Source: a virus
Strand: one strand, 5' to 3'
IMG/VR virus record: IMGVR_UViG_3300027839_000006
Span: 28,161 to 92,160 of that record
DNA: 64,000 nt
How positions within the stretch are numbered: position 1 is the first letter of the stretch; every line of letters starts with the position of its first letter. Made by a program: the position numbers and the translations under genes. The notes under the pieces are model-generated. The model searched no databases. It was not told the origin of the DNA and saw only the letters and a program-made list of their open reading frames with translations. Positions 43,901-51,000 of this stretch are shown here, in pieces.

Positions 43901-44195
43901 CTTCAAGGTGGGCAACTGGTTGGATGAGGTACTGAAGGAATACGGGATCGCCACTCCTTCTGGGTCTATGTTGCCGCCCGGTGCCCGAATCTTCCTTGAA
44001 GTGGCGACAGGTCCAGGCCCCGGTGTTGTAAACGCCATCGACAAACAATACTGGATGGAAGGCCAAGATGAGTGGGCACGAGTCTCAAGTGGGTGTTGGG
44101 TCGGTAGTGTGAAATGTGCCTTTGATGTCGAAACGGCTGATGGCACAGCTTACACAAGAGATGTGAATGTTCTCGGCGATGAGGAGGATCGGTAG
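28923..44195 (+). CDS. Giant virion structural protein (5090 aa)
   Basis: Uninterrupted 15.3-kb ORF with SD GGAG and its own late-type motif. Rich in Gly, Pro, Ser, Thr and Asp, with several inserted modules. No enzyme motif recognised. Confidence 0.6.
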   Translation: MATDKELLEKLRKALEEKGHTTALREPWQEHLDRHTSVSSTASLQASEIFSDFAGSWAASYQVDPTATDLDKISNERLPPSPAKMTSKLGLPGYPEVNFIPYSHNTNRFGVKGPSLLGHPISFEVIGPTAKSPNVDWQWFLQEGSSEDRLYLDLGANLQDPNGSSVLAPSITSLQDGYGDLYGDNSQAGIYVIITQTGENSKTDTQVTGVGDGYIALEGVAGPGGGLREAIRAKTGASKYEIFRVVSWSNDYLQLDPGKRIRDHFDISASTDPIIRSIMLVRPKATRMVSIPGTGDAKGQERALVVVPPERSLNSDLKPPYEYDNAAPGSWRTEGFYGAWPGLGNGDSNLYAQGSSLPVPRIVGRSRALLPSTLEVPGVPPNLLVLKAATYSGVEDARDELKAGDVIHLHEVYSDELAEVAPKLTASPHGWWEVTSVPARGGTDQFIQLRGIEEVNPRTGKAHFGPWAIDGSGQDLSQPVPQVWVKFTIHKPIKDLWSNTGTGYQFDLDALKSARLTNLIDPSWVRESGKAIEIGHETVWAKADKAIFDTTSSQQGLSGTNANPGSLLDLGFRMVLFPAMASGDHLVPDFANPIDSLEVRLDEDAADERQYLTIDYSAGIVVLSHSPKLGCELDPHGLIGQITDLNPRGELVLFASCVPYSMEMGQLGSSIRVTSGAMEPDWCLPDSTQADVYGARHRVDIKTDVDGAPQIVGSQVLGQSLVLALAVPATPMEFKKSLAAFPVAGHIEILQSSEAPAFTTTSSTTDTIRLSTFSYNGVDVYTDSDGPWVRLRNVYGGADAGNSVTVNHDGEFLVVFRKDFYPETVIDSTGDSDFSYQLDTTHGSAKRTKTLRFAHANLFENLDGTITVYPTAVDGPAEELRAFFPLGGPDDTARFHLVPETQMWTADSGPCRDDGEHEVGIEIKRGRFFSSMRVDVRQDHMRYWRFTNLVSKLELQAPQGLETPPDTFVAHINTGQDATQPLPPHYMDWMPQSEGALCAVIEGSVIFSRGLAELGSSAVSASTESARFVLNARMYMGLDSQFFAGRPSFRDEYAQRDTFPSRGLESQIAGILAEAEEGPANPINWFAHTAEVWNNDLNADRWEVRAKELREDVNNHYGRQRHGGMGKIASFYTDALESPNYKEDTRLAFTERQVSTLPTKPYLLSDPIPQDGMAFPEGYRYILTVKSADPKNGNASKWITAQVISTDEMPVTTDPNVVAHYLNNAIYDGTVSNNIDAELDNAGFFKTLGAGASYAAGNSLLGTSTLVSNLTRNPMLTRDERQFLWCGPGDPRHPEHVIGGSNDTGKVALLCGGWGSASAESSAGSHRDFTNVVVEFTHTADFGDAGCSGCEDLAEFLGGDFALDRPTCGLFFGGHAWETFQVGAQAYGTDLPIEGSQLFVGSQVYTLTADDNVVHPDKPFVGTNVRIASGGFDTLKNLVRAISTHSGDRVWMFLPPEYLQDQTSQAIIENAPGHIIRQEEDVTQLRWVGGRQNDPANPWLTFSQPGGASDLHATVWWYRPAPAVNTDVNPWEFGSGLDGNKTEARLSDALGFLQRGTPPLGSMAGSFPIRGTYGDTEALVLGMPKGDSPYYSGPQAGTGLPKIHGKHAIPGYLGRWAWDIENTIDPIDVTDPTTAGIGQILATYGVGAHSENHFSSQLANRTSLEMAGVAPDGFINTTPHPHHLQVGDEVTISGSSLQLPWLGEHKALNGRHRVIALSTDQDGNTDPFKFQIDLGDGTGSVIQDPIDNFYEFHGLGEVSVGKTFQTTDTRCGFGEQQTGYESFLVYAVELDRHDTAALLKKKTVRDFIGVGDIITGRSLSIAGDETYPFVPVEGQRNDPSFHGLVFDPLAPLSLKTGAVDEQGAPVTVDKIGSSAFTFLVHRTMNTDRAAWPSSEQAQLASALPSHLRMSEVQPYDFGFSTPDRAFPVGESFSISIIANANAITSSGTFKSLYSALYGIHGKGYTGTSATPGLDGGSVTSWPGESSIPNAIFMAGGRINLLSNLNPTAPAGLVFSSPTPGVSDVNAEERYATTYIEHGVFVSTFNAHHPSPHSSYKLPTIGVGAPLDSAGLHSAFSTLRGNTEAQFKGGSSIGGVGGLRISGDATIWLKNVRGMGGKNAYVRRSPTIYYTKSPSGAPALGNTTTGPITSFGRDAVSGHTPSGFSASKRTTVNSDGATLHLQEATIEIGLTRADLASFRYATGNPEFPALRDDVHEPLQDQDSDGYWDDQGEGERMLHYANAVDSVDLPVPARFLTGSYLTLSPTQPPGWDEAGSPNTRSSSKVLTDLRLDEQGNPTLTNPNDGSWRITGVPMITASFRTSGSIDGYGASVYQTFPAGDGMSSGPVVDTTSPDEIVQGTGFQGMSASASESSIVAVLQVRVERYSLISSNPALDEGSLFHHQFVPENANPGEFRDGEGIALDSVLSHTWSISADPGGDSPILVAEVIDPGGSPTGAPASLHGLTFNPKVLASGANTVPMRLVPVFSRTPQTDSIAGMDTRLMGIHSNQTHRGETRSFAMFTVKGVGRSPVIWDTAQETYLRATIFSSQRADRLDDLISSQTTQGVFERDQTGRVSFVGHPARLGLGVVLDGGLGLVSARAFRAQPRSPVTDTVGSLTVFGHNAAYPMLNLLKPRQHVGVELPSTFNTVEFYEDTVIVGPLGSLIFDDGRAVHGLPAMDIAGRYASASFKSSPHRLGIGVTKGYAAAGAPGDNWSIGDLITRSDTLFPFTVAGIKFHSPGGLVYERAYRSIDARTGPKSMFLGKKAQAGIRGLEIPWTGECLLLPKGPPTIHGKGHANWRWTNDSSGWDYFDFGEANRATGHTPLDTPLYEFHGGYGRGHLEPHFPVLPGPIFDTMTTSGVQTNLISPDSSAGVSQHRGHPGNVYMGYRHSLSRDDGDIFKTWNHWNSSAESFTKVARQQMRVLDGMVLEDVTNGTFFTIGDIGRMDEMVKGTIELVTDFGSANVDSWDSKTIIIVVQDWDDYVEEEDGDDGSGDDLITFVIYFVDVISDPETQVQISDATDPAEKAKETVDNLLQFMASNDWFRANNVGCVLDQTGWDEKTVLRFSGPVSARHEATFITGSSVSPVSGQAPFSLVPNSFSNYRWHRGTGKPGETLELGQWGGERTVKRSSTGGSVTAGGGQPGTTVFHFLQNGPEQDISGGSNIIAPGEKITFGVSPGPPDYQQNSTRIGAYSYASQLEIDVSDSTLTGVTIAFSTTDPSVDPTLWASGAGHWQSNEFNPGTSGAKVLVEIIGDGDSSGAAATPQPLWYYGVTSSGDILAGGSVTVTGGTSANEVALSVHPGSGYPFLDVDGAGIVNVGIVTTYSIPSSYTTDYNLLYESVAKTGFLNVMALTAVADTPGPFQFQIVNGDNKATFINLVQAWNNAPWHEVFDFANCPGLNYAPIARLIGQIERYSETSSQTYSGQIPAYPWIWAVEFMTREIGPDTSNGAFFMKKSSGVDGNGDPIWDYLMTLGEGSSTEVFINGGMGLDISKIEAAAEVYGGTDPNGDVIPVRPWDAGPFWEGWEIDGLIIELIPFVNGYTPELIFDLNGHYDPTKDLFSTQEAGYGDRVDGGMVRRNLAGHLYRVVPNVEFVPVLGKRGVDGGLLPPLANPHDPQSVIPSADAVFYSAGYNFRGASSHGVGDIGRSLYICGTHNYVYTGWWTIIDVVENYPLSVFDDFTLGRPENGDHSLRTVAVLRKSNRGNGTRNPADNGLNQGDGALPLQYRPPRVRMGMNHQTNGFPQGDKRGATHYGFFSQGSVTGKRPEYSDLWLTVTLSKGGPTEALHRQQWRVLTDDMWDGIVYDIDSDGVIFPLAANPSLQVTDAVSLATYCNQDVRTNGKAVKFPAGHTLSKPWIRWQTDHNVSSVYGTAVVVSYNTNELKTSPHASEWLCGPGGRLQINFFSNASVGFQGGDPSAGAQYTMGVGFLSFTGHNSELDATTGDRNNHLWAHPVKLYGSQPSDGILEVDAGMHVNSAAGGLRWVFSAPLVEENIGSYLHLTKPSVYRFSKKLASQKNADVSYEEDFHWTSGYPREGDTYWNSTDIFRVNRCPNTMNMMVGGDCETYSPEIIRVYPSAETEIVDEGATDSGQGRMIMYSPLGVWGNWPDSATGSLPASGSVNEPVIYALQPIARERIVSIKASAGSSNVVRGAGYDPIQGSMNDSGLTNDRLGRGPLSGVHVQEHMVGDVSSSHVSPTGIIMSSPWLLLSRADAQRAVPQADGPYSIAEAAEDLGQAGNNIGSNFFGDTANWLLNSHDPIWVDPEHGEWTGDPQISNEAQDSYFGLGQVPSYFYSLYAWAPAGQWWETLIPNLSETQGQYNASCTPPTMRFDLTEAYTQAMQPGGGTNSPYPNHAPKGARLNRIWVNFGVWGNEPQGRHTQLGLPGYKQSDNTTAPNEVLSEYHMAFNLVCELPGSQARLKPRDHTYVQLKWDTSAQGAYYTDTYWYGTTITIRHSDTMGNIQSLVFEAVEQADLTALDGGGDPLYETSDHNLGSIGPSQTLGKYVVPLDAPGVVPSVNHVIAARRLAAEINRVSTIASDPNHNDYDPNLSSFNLTAYAVGTRVRIEANVPGDSGFEIRSHHSYYYIVGMTTSLYQPPRMVLEAGSVVDNTPTAFRTFRGGAPTELHTGTCSFPFGDRAPNALATYNASQLHHTDQGSRAPGGTVVIPLYCNREAGDLMPNVMERYVDVGPYSEIGYGQLTPDWALGSYEFGFGAGESEWPWKRTTMPIEKAVLQGGMLTVIKMLPWYLGGHMWNLSLNDASFSMYMGNAHTPVVWGGIDFDTANSNPGGFQGEQTERGQFTAPFLKPEYSIALASLFPRLSRVGGGVRDTFTSGLVANGDIFRRSANGTTGNGPASLSAAAMTGIVVAHNATSPRPPLRTDGGLMFGAETSPSYPNDQDESYGYTSSGQSGTSKFSARSPGTCPHAFTIALTPVGDRFDPPRGEDGHRVSVSPHGIHAAKDPVSGHLVPRPYSWDGDQRLPFHGRTLQPYTDRPFKVGNWLDEVLKEYGIATPSGSMLPPGARIFLEVATGPGPGVVNAIDKQYWMEGQDEWARVSSGCWVGSVKCAFDVETADGTAYTRDVNVLGDEEDR

Positions 44196-44198
44196 CCA

Positions 44199-45056
44199 AT
44201 GCGTGTACTTGTTGATCTAACGAGTCATGTGACGGCCCTAACGGGCTCGTTGCCCGACCCCGATCCTGTAACTGGAGTCCCCGGCACCCAACTTGGTGTG
44301 TCCGGTATTACTCAAGTTGAAAAGGATGCGGATCTCTATGTCCCCGTTCCTGTGAACGGGAAGTACATCGTTCCTATCCCCGAAGGACTATCGGTCCATG
44401 TGGATAAGGACTCTAAAGTGCTTCCTATTGATGGGAAGGATATCTCCAGCAAGGCGTATGCGGAGCTTCTGGCTCGATATCCGATGTATGGGCATATCTA
44501 CTTCAACCCCTTGCTGACCGTCTCGAACCTTATGGAGATTGATCCGGTCAAGGAGTTTCGGGACAACTCGGTGAAGCCTCCAAGATGGTTCTCCGGTCGC
44601 TATCAGACTGGTAGGGCCGTGGAAAACCACCCCCAGAATGGGAACGCTCCCAACTCAACGGCGGTGCTTCCGATCAATGCAACGGTTGATCCGGCACGCC
44701 CTGGGATGCTCATTACTGAAGAAATCGACCTCACCCCCTATACCGGGGAAGCGGGGACGGACGAGTTCATGGCTTATTGGAGGATTTACGTCTTCGATAC
44801 GAGCCATGACATTTCGGGAGGGTTGTTCGGACAGCACGCAGGGGTCAACGAACCCGCTATTCGTTCAATCATCGAGATAGATCAAGAACCTGAAGGGTTC
44901 ACAACGTATTTGACGATTGACGATGGAGTGAACTGGTTTGAAGTTGGAAGGTTGGAACCCATCTCGTTTTGTTGCAAGGTTACCAAGGTACGCCTCGCTT
45001 TCCGAAACGACTCCCCAACCAAAATCCATGTGGCTTCATTTGCCTTTATGTTTTGA
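44199..45056 (+). CDS. Virion structural protein (285 aa)
   Basis: Strong SD GAGGAGG. C-terminal Asp-box-like 'TIDDGVNW'. Lies within the structural operon. Confidence 0.55.
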   Translation: MRVLVDLTSHVTALTGSLPDPDPVTGVPGTQLGVSGITQVEKDADLYVPVPVNGKYIVPIPEGLSVHVDKDSKVLPIDGKDISSKAYAELLARYPMYGHIYFNPLLTVSNLMEIDPVKEFRDNSVKPPRWFSGRYQTGRAVENHPQNGNAPNSTAVLPINATVDPARPGMLITEEIDLTPYTGEAGTDEFMAYWRIYVFDTSHDISGGLFGQHAGVNEPAIRSIIEIDQEPEGFTTYLTIDDGVNWFEVGRLEPISFCCKVTKVRLAFRNDSPTKIHVASFAFMF

Positions 45057-45073
45057 TATGAGTGGCGGGAAAC

Positions 45074-48000
45074 ATGGCTGAAGATTTCGGAAATGGCGCA
45101 AGTCGCACACTCTCTGCACTAATGAGGCAGTTTTCTGCCGTTGTATGGCAGAAGGGTAAGCCGCCGCTGGATTCGGAACTCAACTTGATGAGTCAAGTTG
45201 AGGCCGAACGACTGCGGCAAACTGTCAAATCTGTGATGCACAGTGGATGGTTGATTGATCCGACGAGGACCAAGATTGACTTCAGTTGCTCTAAAGACTG
45301 GAGCAACTACTTCGTCTTCGGTAAGCAGAAGTCAGGAGAAAAGGAACCTCTCCTGTTTGCTAACGTCAATGGATGGGTCATTCCCGTTGCTGGCACTTTC
45401 ACCGAGACTGAAGAAGAGAAGACAAACCGCATCCGTCTGAACCCGCCACCCGCAACAGACAGCCGGGTGGATTTGGTGTTCTTGGAGGCTTGGCAGACCC
45501 TTGTCGCCCCCAACCCGAGCGAGGCCAACAAGCCCGCCGTGGATAAGGTCTGGAAGTACGGCAACGTCGAGTACGGCGGGTCGAATATCGAAGACGATCT
45601 GGAAGACCCGACTATTGGGTTCGAGACCTCCGAAAGATGTCAGATTCAATACCGCATCCGTGTCTATGGATCGGGTGCAGGTCTTGGTGCTGGTGTAGCT
45701 CTCGATAAGTATCCAGACGGTCTGGGAGACCTCAACATTCTTGGTCAAGGTACACAGGACGCTCCTGTGGCTGGTTCCTCCTTCGCTAATGTGCGGGAGA
45801 AGTTGGATGACCCATCGCTTTGGCGTGCCGGTGACGGCGACCCAAACAATGCCTTGGGGACAATCGACGGCTACGTCTATGCTATCCCCCTCTGTGCAAT
45901 CTTCCGGCGTAACACTAATACCTTTGTGGCTGTGACTTCGGCAGGGAACCCAAACCAGAACGGTGCCCTTGATCGAAACCCATCTACGGGACAGCTTGCG
46001 GACCCCCGAGAAGGGGCCAAGGCTCTTGCAGTTCCGACTTTGTTGGACAACCTGCTGGCCGATTCCTTGGGGACAGTACAAGTAACTGGTCTCATTGGAT
46101 CTGGGTTTGATGACACGTTGCATCTCCCCGAGGGTCTTTTCCTTCAGGTTGAAGATGAGATCATCGGGATTTCAGAAGTAGACGTTACTACGACCCCCCC
46201 GACCATTACGTTAGAAGACCGTGGCCGTTACGGAACCCACGCCACGACGCATTTAGCGGGCTCACCGATTCAGTTCTTCAGTGTCCGACCTGATGGGTTG
46301 TTCGCTGATGAGGTTCATCCAACTGATATCTTGGATCTCCGACGAGCCGTGACTCCCGGCGAGTGGGATTACCACCGTCTTCTTGAACACAACATCGCCG
46401 CCCTGGCGAAGAATGACCTGCACTCCACCCATAAGAGGTCGGCTGCGGGAGATACCGAGGGTCCAGTCGTTGCCGAAGTCAGCTACATGCTGGCGGACGG
46501 GTCCACAGATGTTCCAAACCATACAGAGGGCTTGGACGGTCCAGACGGCACCCGAATCATCTTCTCCGATGCTTGCAGTGTGCAACAGCAGGTGACGTTG
46601 CTTCTCGATAATGATGCCACGCTCACCCAAGGTGCAGTCAATGATGAGTTCGACTCCAATGTTGGTTGGGATGTAGCACCAGACTTCAAGCCGAGCGGCT
46701 GGGTCAATAACGAGGGCAGCACCGGCTCTTGGACCAACGGATCAGTCATCTTCCTCCATATTGGGGGCGAAGACGGTAGCGGAGGCGCACGGGCGTCATT
46801 CCGTTCTGGGTCCGACAAGAAGGTGCGGTTCGTCACTCCCAAGGAACATTGGAAGACGGGCTACCCTACGGTAAACCCTCTGAACGGCAACCAATACCCC
46901 GTCACAGTGCAGTTCTTGGGGGCACCGGCTCACCAGCCGATGGCTCTCTATGAGCAAGACGTGGACGCCCACGCACTCAAGAAGCACCCGGGTCCGATGT
47001 ACCCCTATCGACGGCTCAACTTCGAGTCCCCTTTCATCGTGTTGGGTGGTCTGCTTGATTCATCTTTACGCATGACTGGTCTGGCCGTTGCGACCAAGTA
47101 CACCGCTATTGCACAGGCGGAGGGCTTCTGTGAGATCCAAGTTGATGTGAACTTCGACACCGAAGGGGTGTACCACACTACGGAACACGGACAGTTCGAG
47201 AACGACCCCTCCACGGTTTCTGCCCCACTCTTGCGGGGTAGCCGAACGCTATACGGCATGTTGACAGACGAGGGGAGAGACCGCACAGGCAAGTCTTCCG
47301 AAGTCTATGTAGTGCTTTATGGGGACAATGCGTCAGGGGGTCGAGTCAACAATGGCTGCTTCCGAGTCATTGGGGCCGGGACAGCCGGATACACGGAGCA
47401 CTCTGCTGATGATGCCTACTCTATTGTAGTGGCCCCTCTTGATCCAGAGTTCACTACGTTCGACACCACCACGGGCGGTGTTGTCACTGCCGAGTTCCGT
47501 TCCCAGTACACCAATGCCGAAGACGGTAATGGACTGACAACCGGAGACCCTGCTCTTTGTATCGTATTGACCGACCTTGGCGGGTTGGCCGACCATCCTT
47601 GGAACAAGGCTCTTCTTGACGATACTGTTGGGGACTTTGATTATTCGTTCCCAATCGACGCAGCAAGTGGTCTGGTGAAGATCGACGCCAAGCTCGTTCT
47701 ATCGACTACGCTGCTTTATCACCCGGGACGTGGAGCTATGGCTCGCTTGCCGGATAGCCTCACCCGGTTCTCGCTAACAAACGCTGATAGCACCTACCTA
47801 CGACAGTCTCCTGGGGCGCTTGACACCACTTTCTCTGCGGCGTCTGGAACCCCAGGGAGCGAAACCTTCTTCGATCCAGTTCATGTCCAGCTTTGGAATC
47901 GTTTGCCGTCTTTGGGTTGGGATGCTCCCGTTGCTCCTGGCTACGGTGGCCGCATTGTTGCGAACACAGAGCAGGATCGAGACAACGAGTTGTTCATCGA

Positions 48001-51000
48001 CCGTGGCAGTAAGACGGTAGTCTTCCGTCCGTACCGTTACCGTCAAATGACGTTGAACGGTATTACGGTTGGTCTGAACACTACTGTTGATCCCTGTGGT
48101 GGGGCAGTGGTTGAAGTGGGGCTGGACGGTAACTACCTCTACCCAGACACTACTCCCAAGGACGCCCACGAACTGTTCACAGGTAGCCTCGCTACTGGCA
48201 AGAGAATGGGGTTCCCCATTCCCACAGAGGCCATGCCTCGGTTTGGTCGCCAGGACATCCCTTACTTCCAAGACATCACAGGGAATGGGTCGGGGACTTT
48301 CCTTGCGGGCATCAACCATATGTTCTGCGATTCGACCACGTTGAACAACGAGGTCTTCAAGATCATCGGTGGAGAGGACAACGAATCGAGTGGCTCCCAG
48401 GTCAAGCCGATATTCTTCCGAACCGGCACCCCCCAGGATTATGGGCACGGCGGCACAGTCATCGGAATAGTGGACAACAAGCCCTACTACGAAGCTCGCA
48501 AGGTCTCTGATATCGATGAGTCCACCGAGAAGGGTACGGTTGTTCGCACCAAGTTCCGAACGGTTGTCTCCAGTGATTTTGGTCCCGGTCTTGACGGTAT
48601 CCAACTGCCGCCGTATCTCGGAGTGGCCCGGTTGTACGGGGTCTACGACTACGATGATTACCAGTCGAAGGGTGGCCGCAGCTTTGAGTCAGATCGTGTG
48701 ACTCTTGAGAATGACCCGGCTACGAATCTTCTACGCACGGATGCTACCGAGCAAACCTTGTTCATCATGCGGGATGGCGCACTCGATCTCACAGGCGAGA
48801 CCGGGGACCATACCTATGTGATCCCCTCCAACGTCATCGATGTGACGCTCTCTCCGAAGCACAAGCTCAACGACTCGACCTCCCAAAAGGAGACTTTCAG
48901 GGACTTCGAGTACGTGGTTGAGATGACAGTGTTCGGGTTCTCCAAGGAATGGATCAACGGGAACAACTACGTGCTGGCTCGCCGTCACGATGCCCAAGGC
49001 AACTTGGTTTCCGATGGGGACAACGAAGAGTTGGAAGACCTCTCGATGGTCTTCCCCTGTGCTGCTTCACTGAACAGCGCAGTGTATTCACTCTACAACC
49101 GCACGGTCTACCAGGGTGACCCCTACATGACCCGTGCTGGTGCGGTCCGAACGGTCTCCGACTATGAGCATCGCTACGGACAAGTCTCTGTTGCAAATGC
49201 CTACGAGCTTGTTCACCCGATCCAGCAGTTCAACGACCAGGGTGAGGCGCAGGTCCAGCTTCCGAACCCTCGGATGTTTGAAGTCTTGGCCTCTATGGAC
49301 TTCTACACCACGCTTGGGACAGGTAAGATCGGCGGCCACCTCTATCCAGGCACGTTGTTGGATGTTGGCTACACGGAAGACACCCTGAGTTCTTCTCGAA
49401 GAATCCCTGGATCATCCGACGACTCGGCATGGCGAGTTCTGACCCGTGCCTTCACCGAAGGCCAGAAGACCAACAGCAACCGAGCAGAGGCAGAGATTCG
49501 GTTCCTTCCCGGCTCTGTTAGTGCGATGGACGGGGCAACGATCACGATCACCGATCTGGACGGCCTCTCCTTTGACTTTACAGCGAGGGCTGCCCTTACT
49601 GATGAGGTTGTACTTGGAGAAGACGAGTTCCGTATCGTTACAGGATATCGTCCCCTCGTTTGGACCCAACAGTTGGACTTCCCCGCCCTGCTCCCCGGCG
49701 AAAGCACCTCTTTCACTATTGGTGCAGACGGTAGCGGAGAGAACTACGAGACCCACATTCTGAATAACGCAGGACTTCGGTTCGGGAATACCGTAGACAT
49801 CAATGCGATGACGGGGGCTGATTACCCAGAGAACTTGATAGTCCAGGCGCTCGTTACGAACGATAACGTCCTCAAGGTTACCGCTACCAACTCGGCGGCG
49901 ATGGCTGTTCGACATCCTTCAGTCAAGGCCCAGCACGCATGGGACGGCACGGATGGGGTGGCCTCTACAGGAAGCGCCCCGGTCACAATCTTGGCGCACA
50001 CTGCCCACACCAGCACTGCAATCACAGTAGCCGGGGCGGGTCTCAATGATGTGGTTCTGGTCAACATTCACGGGATAGACAGTGATAACGATGACGAATG
50101 GGACGGCCCCGTCTCTGGGATCATCGCTGACGGCTATGTCTCTCAAGCGGGTGAGGTGAAGATACGTCTCACGAACACCACGGATGCAGATATCGCATTA
50201 GAAGATTCTGCTGTGACTTACGAGATTCGGGTCTTCTTCGCAGACGTGGAAGCCACAACGACTGATCCAGTCGCCCAGAACTTTGTCATTCGGGCTCTCG
50301 ATACGCATCGGGACGTTGAACTCACAGCCAACCGCTTTGCCATAGCTGTCAATCGACGCACTGGAATGGGGAACGCTATTCAAGCGATGGCCGCTCATGC
50401 TGACATGGTTCGGTTGATTGGTGTTCCCACAGGTGCCGAAGGCAACGGCTTGAAGGTAACGACCACCAGGGACAACTCGGGTGCCAACGTGGACGCCGCA
50501 AAGACGGTAGCGAGACTGTTTCAGATCGTTGTACCGCACTCCAACAACCTGCCCATTGATTCGTTCCTGGGGGCGGTGTTTACATCAGCCTATTTCCGAG
50601 GTGGTGCAGACATCCCTATGAACGCCGGGGACGGCACCAGTCAGATGGGTCTGACTGGAATGACGGACCGGTTCCCCTTGGGGATCTTGCTGCAAGACAG
50701 TGATTTCGTGTGCGAGAATCCGCTGAACGACCAAGCTACGGCGATGAAGACCAGTCCTTCGGGGTTACGTCCGATTCAGACCATGCTTCCTTTGTCGGAA
50801 CGTGGTGAAGAACACGACCGATTCATGGGTGAGCCGGGTGAGATGGTCAGCATGTCAGACGGCTCTATCTTGGTTTACACGCCGTTCCATGATGCCAACC
50901 GTCCGACAGGCACCCACAACTACCGTGTCTATCGTGGTGGCGGGGCCGTGATGGCGATGTCAGGCAAGAACCCAGGTGGCCCGGTGGATTGGGTCAGTGA

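Noticed and set aside
28923-44195. Tape-measure protein or virion RNA polymerase
   Set aside because: The composition is beta/loop-rich rather than helical, and no NADFDGD or T7-type polymerase motif was seen.
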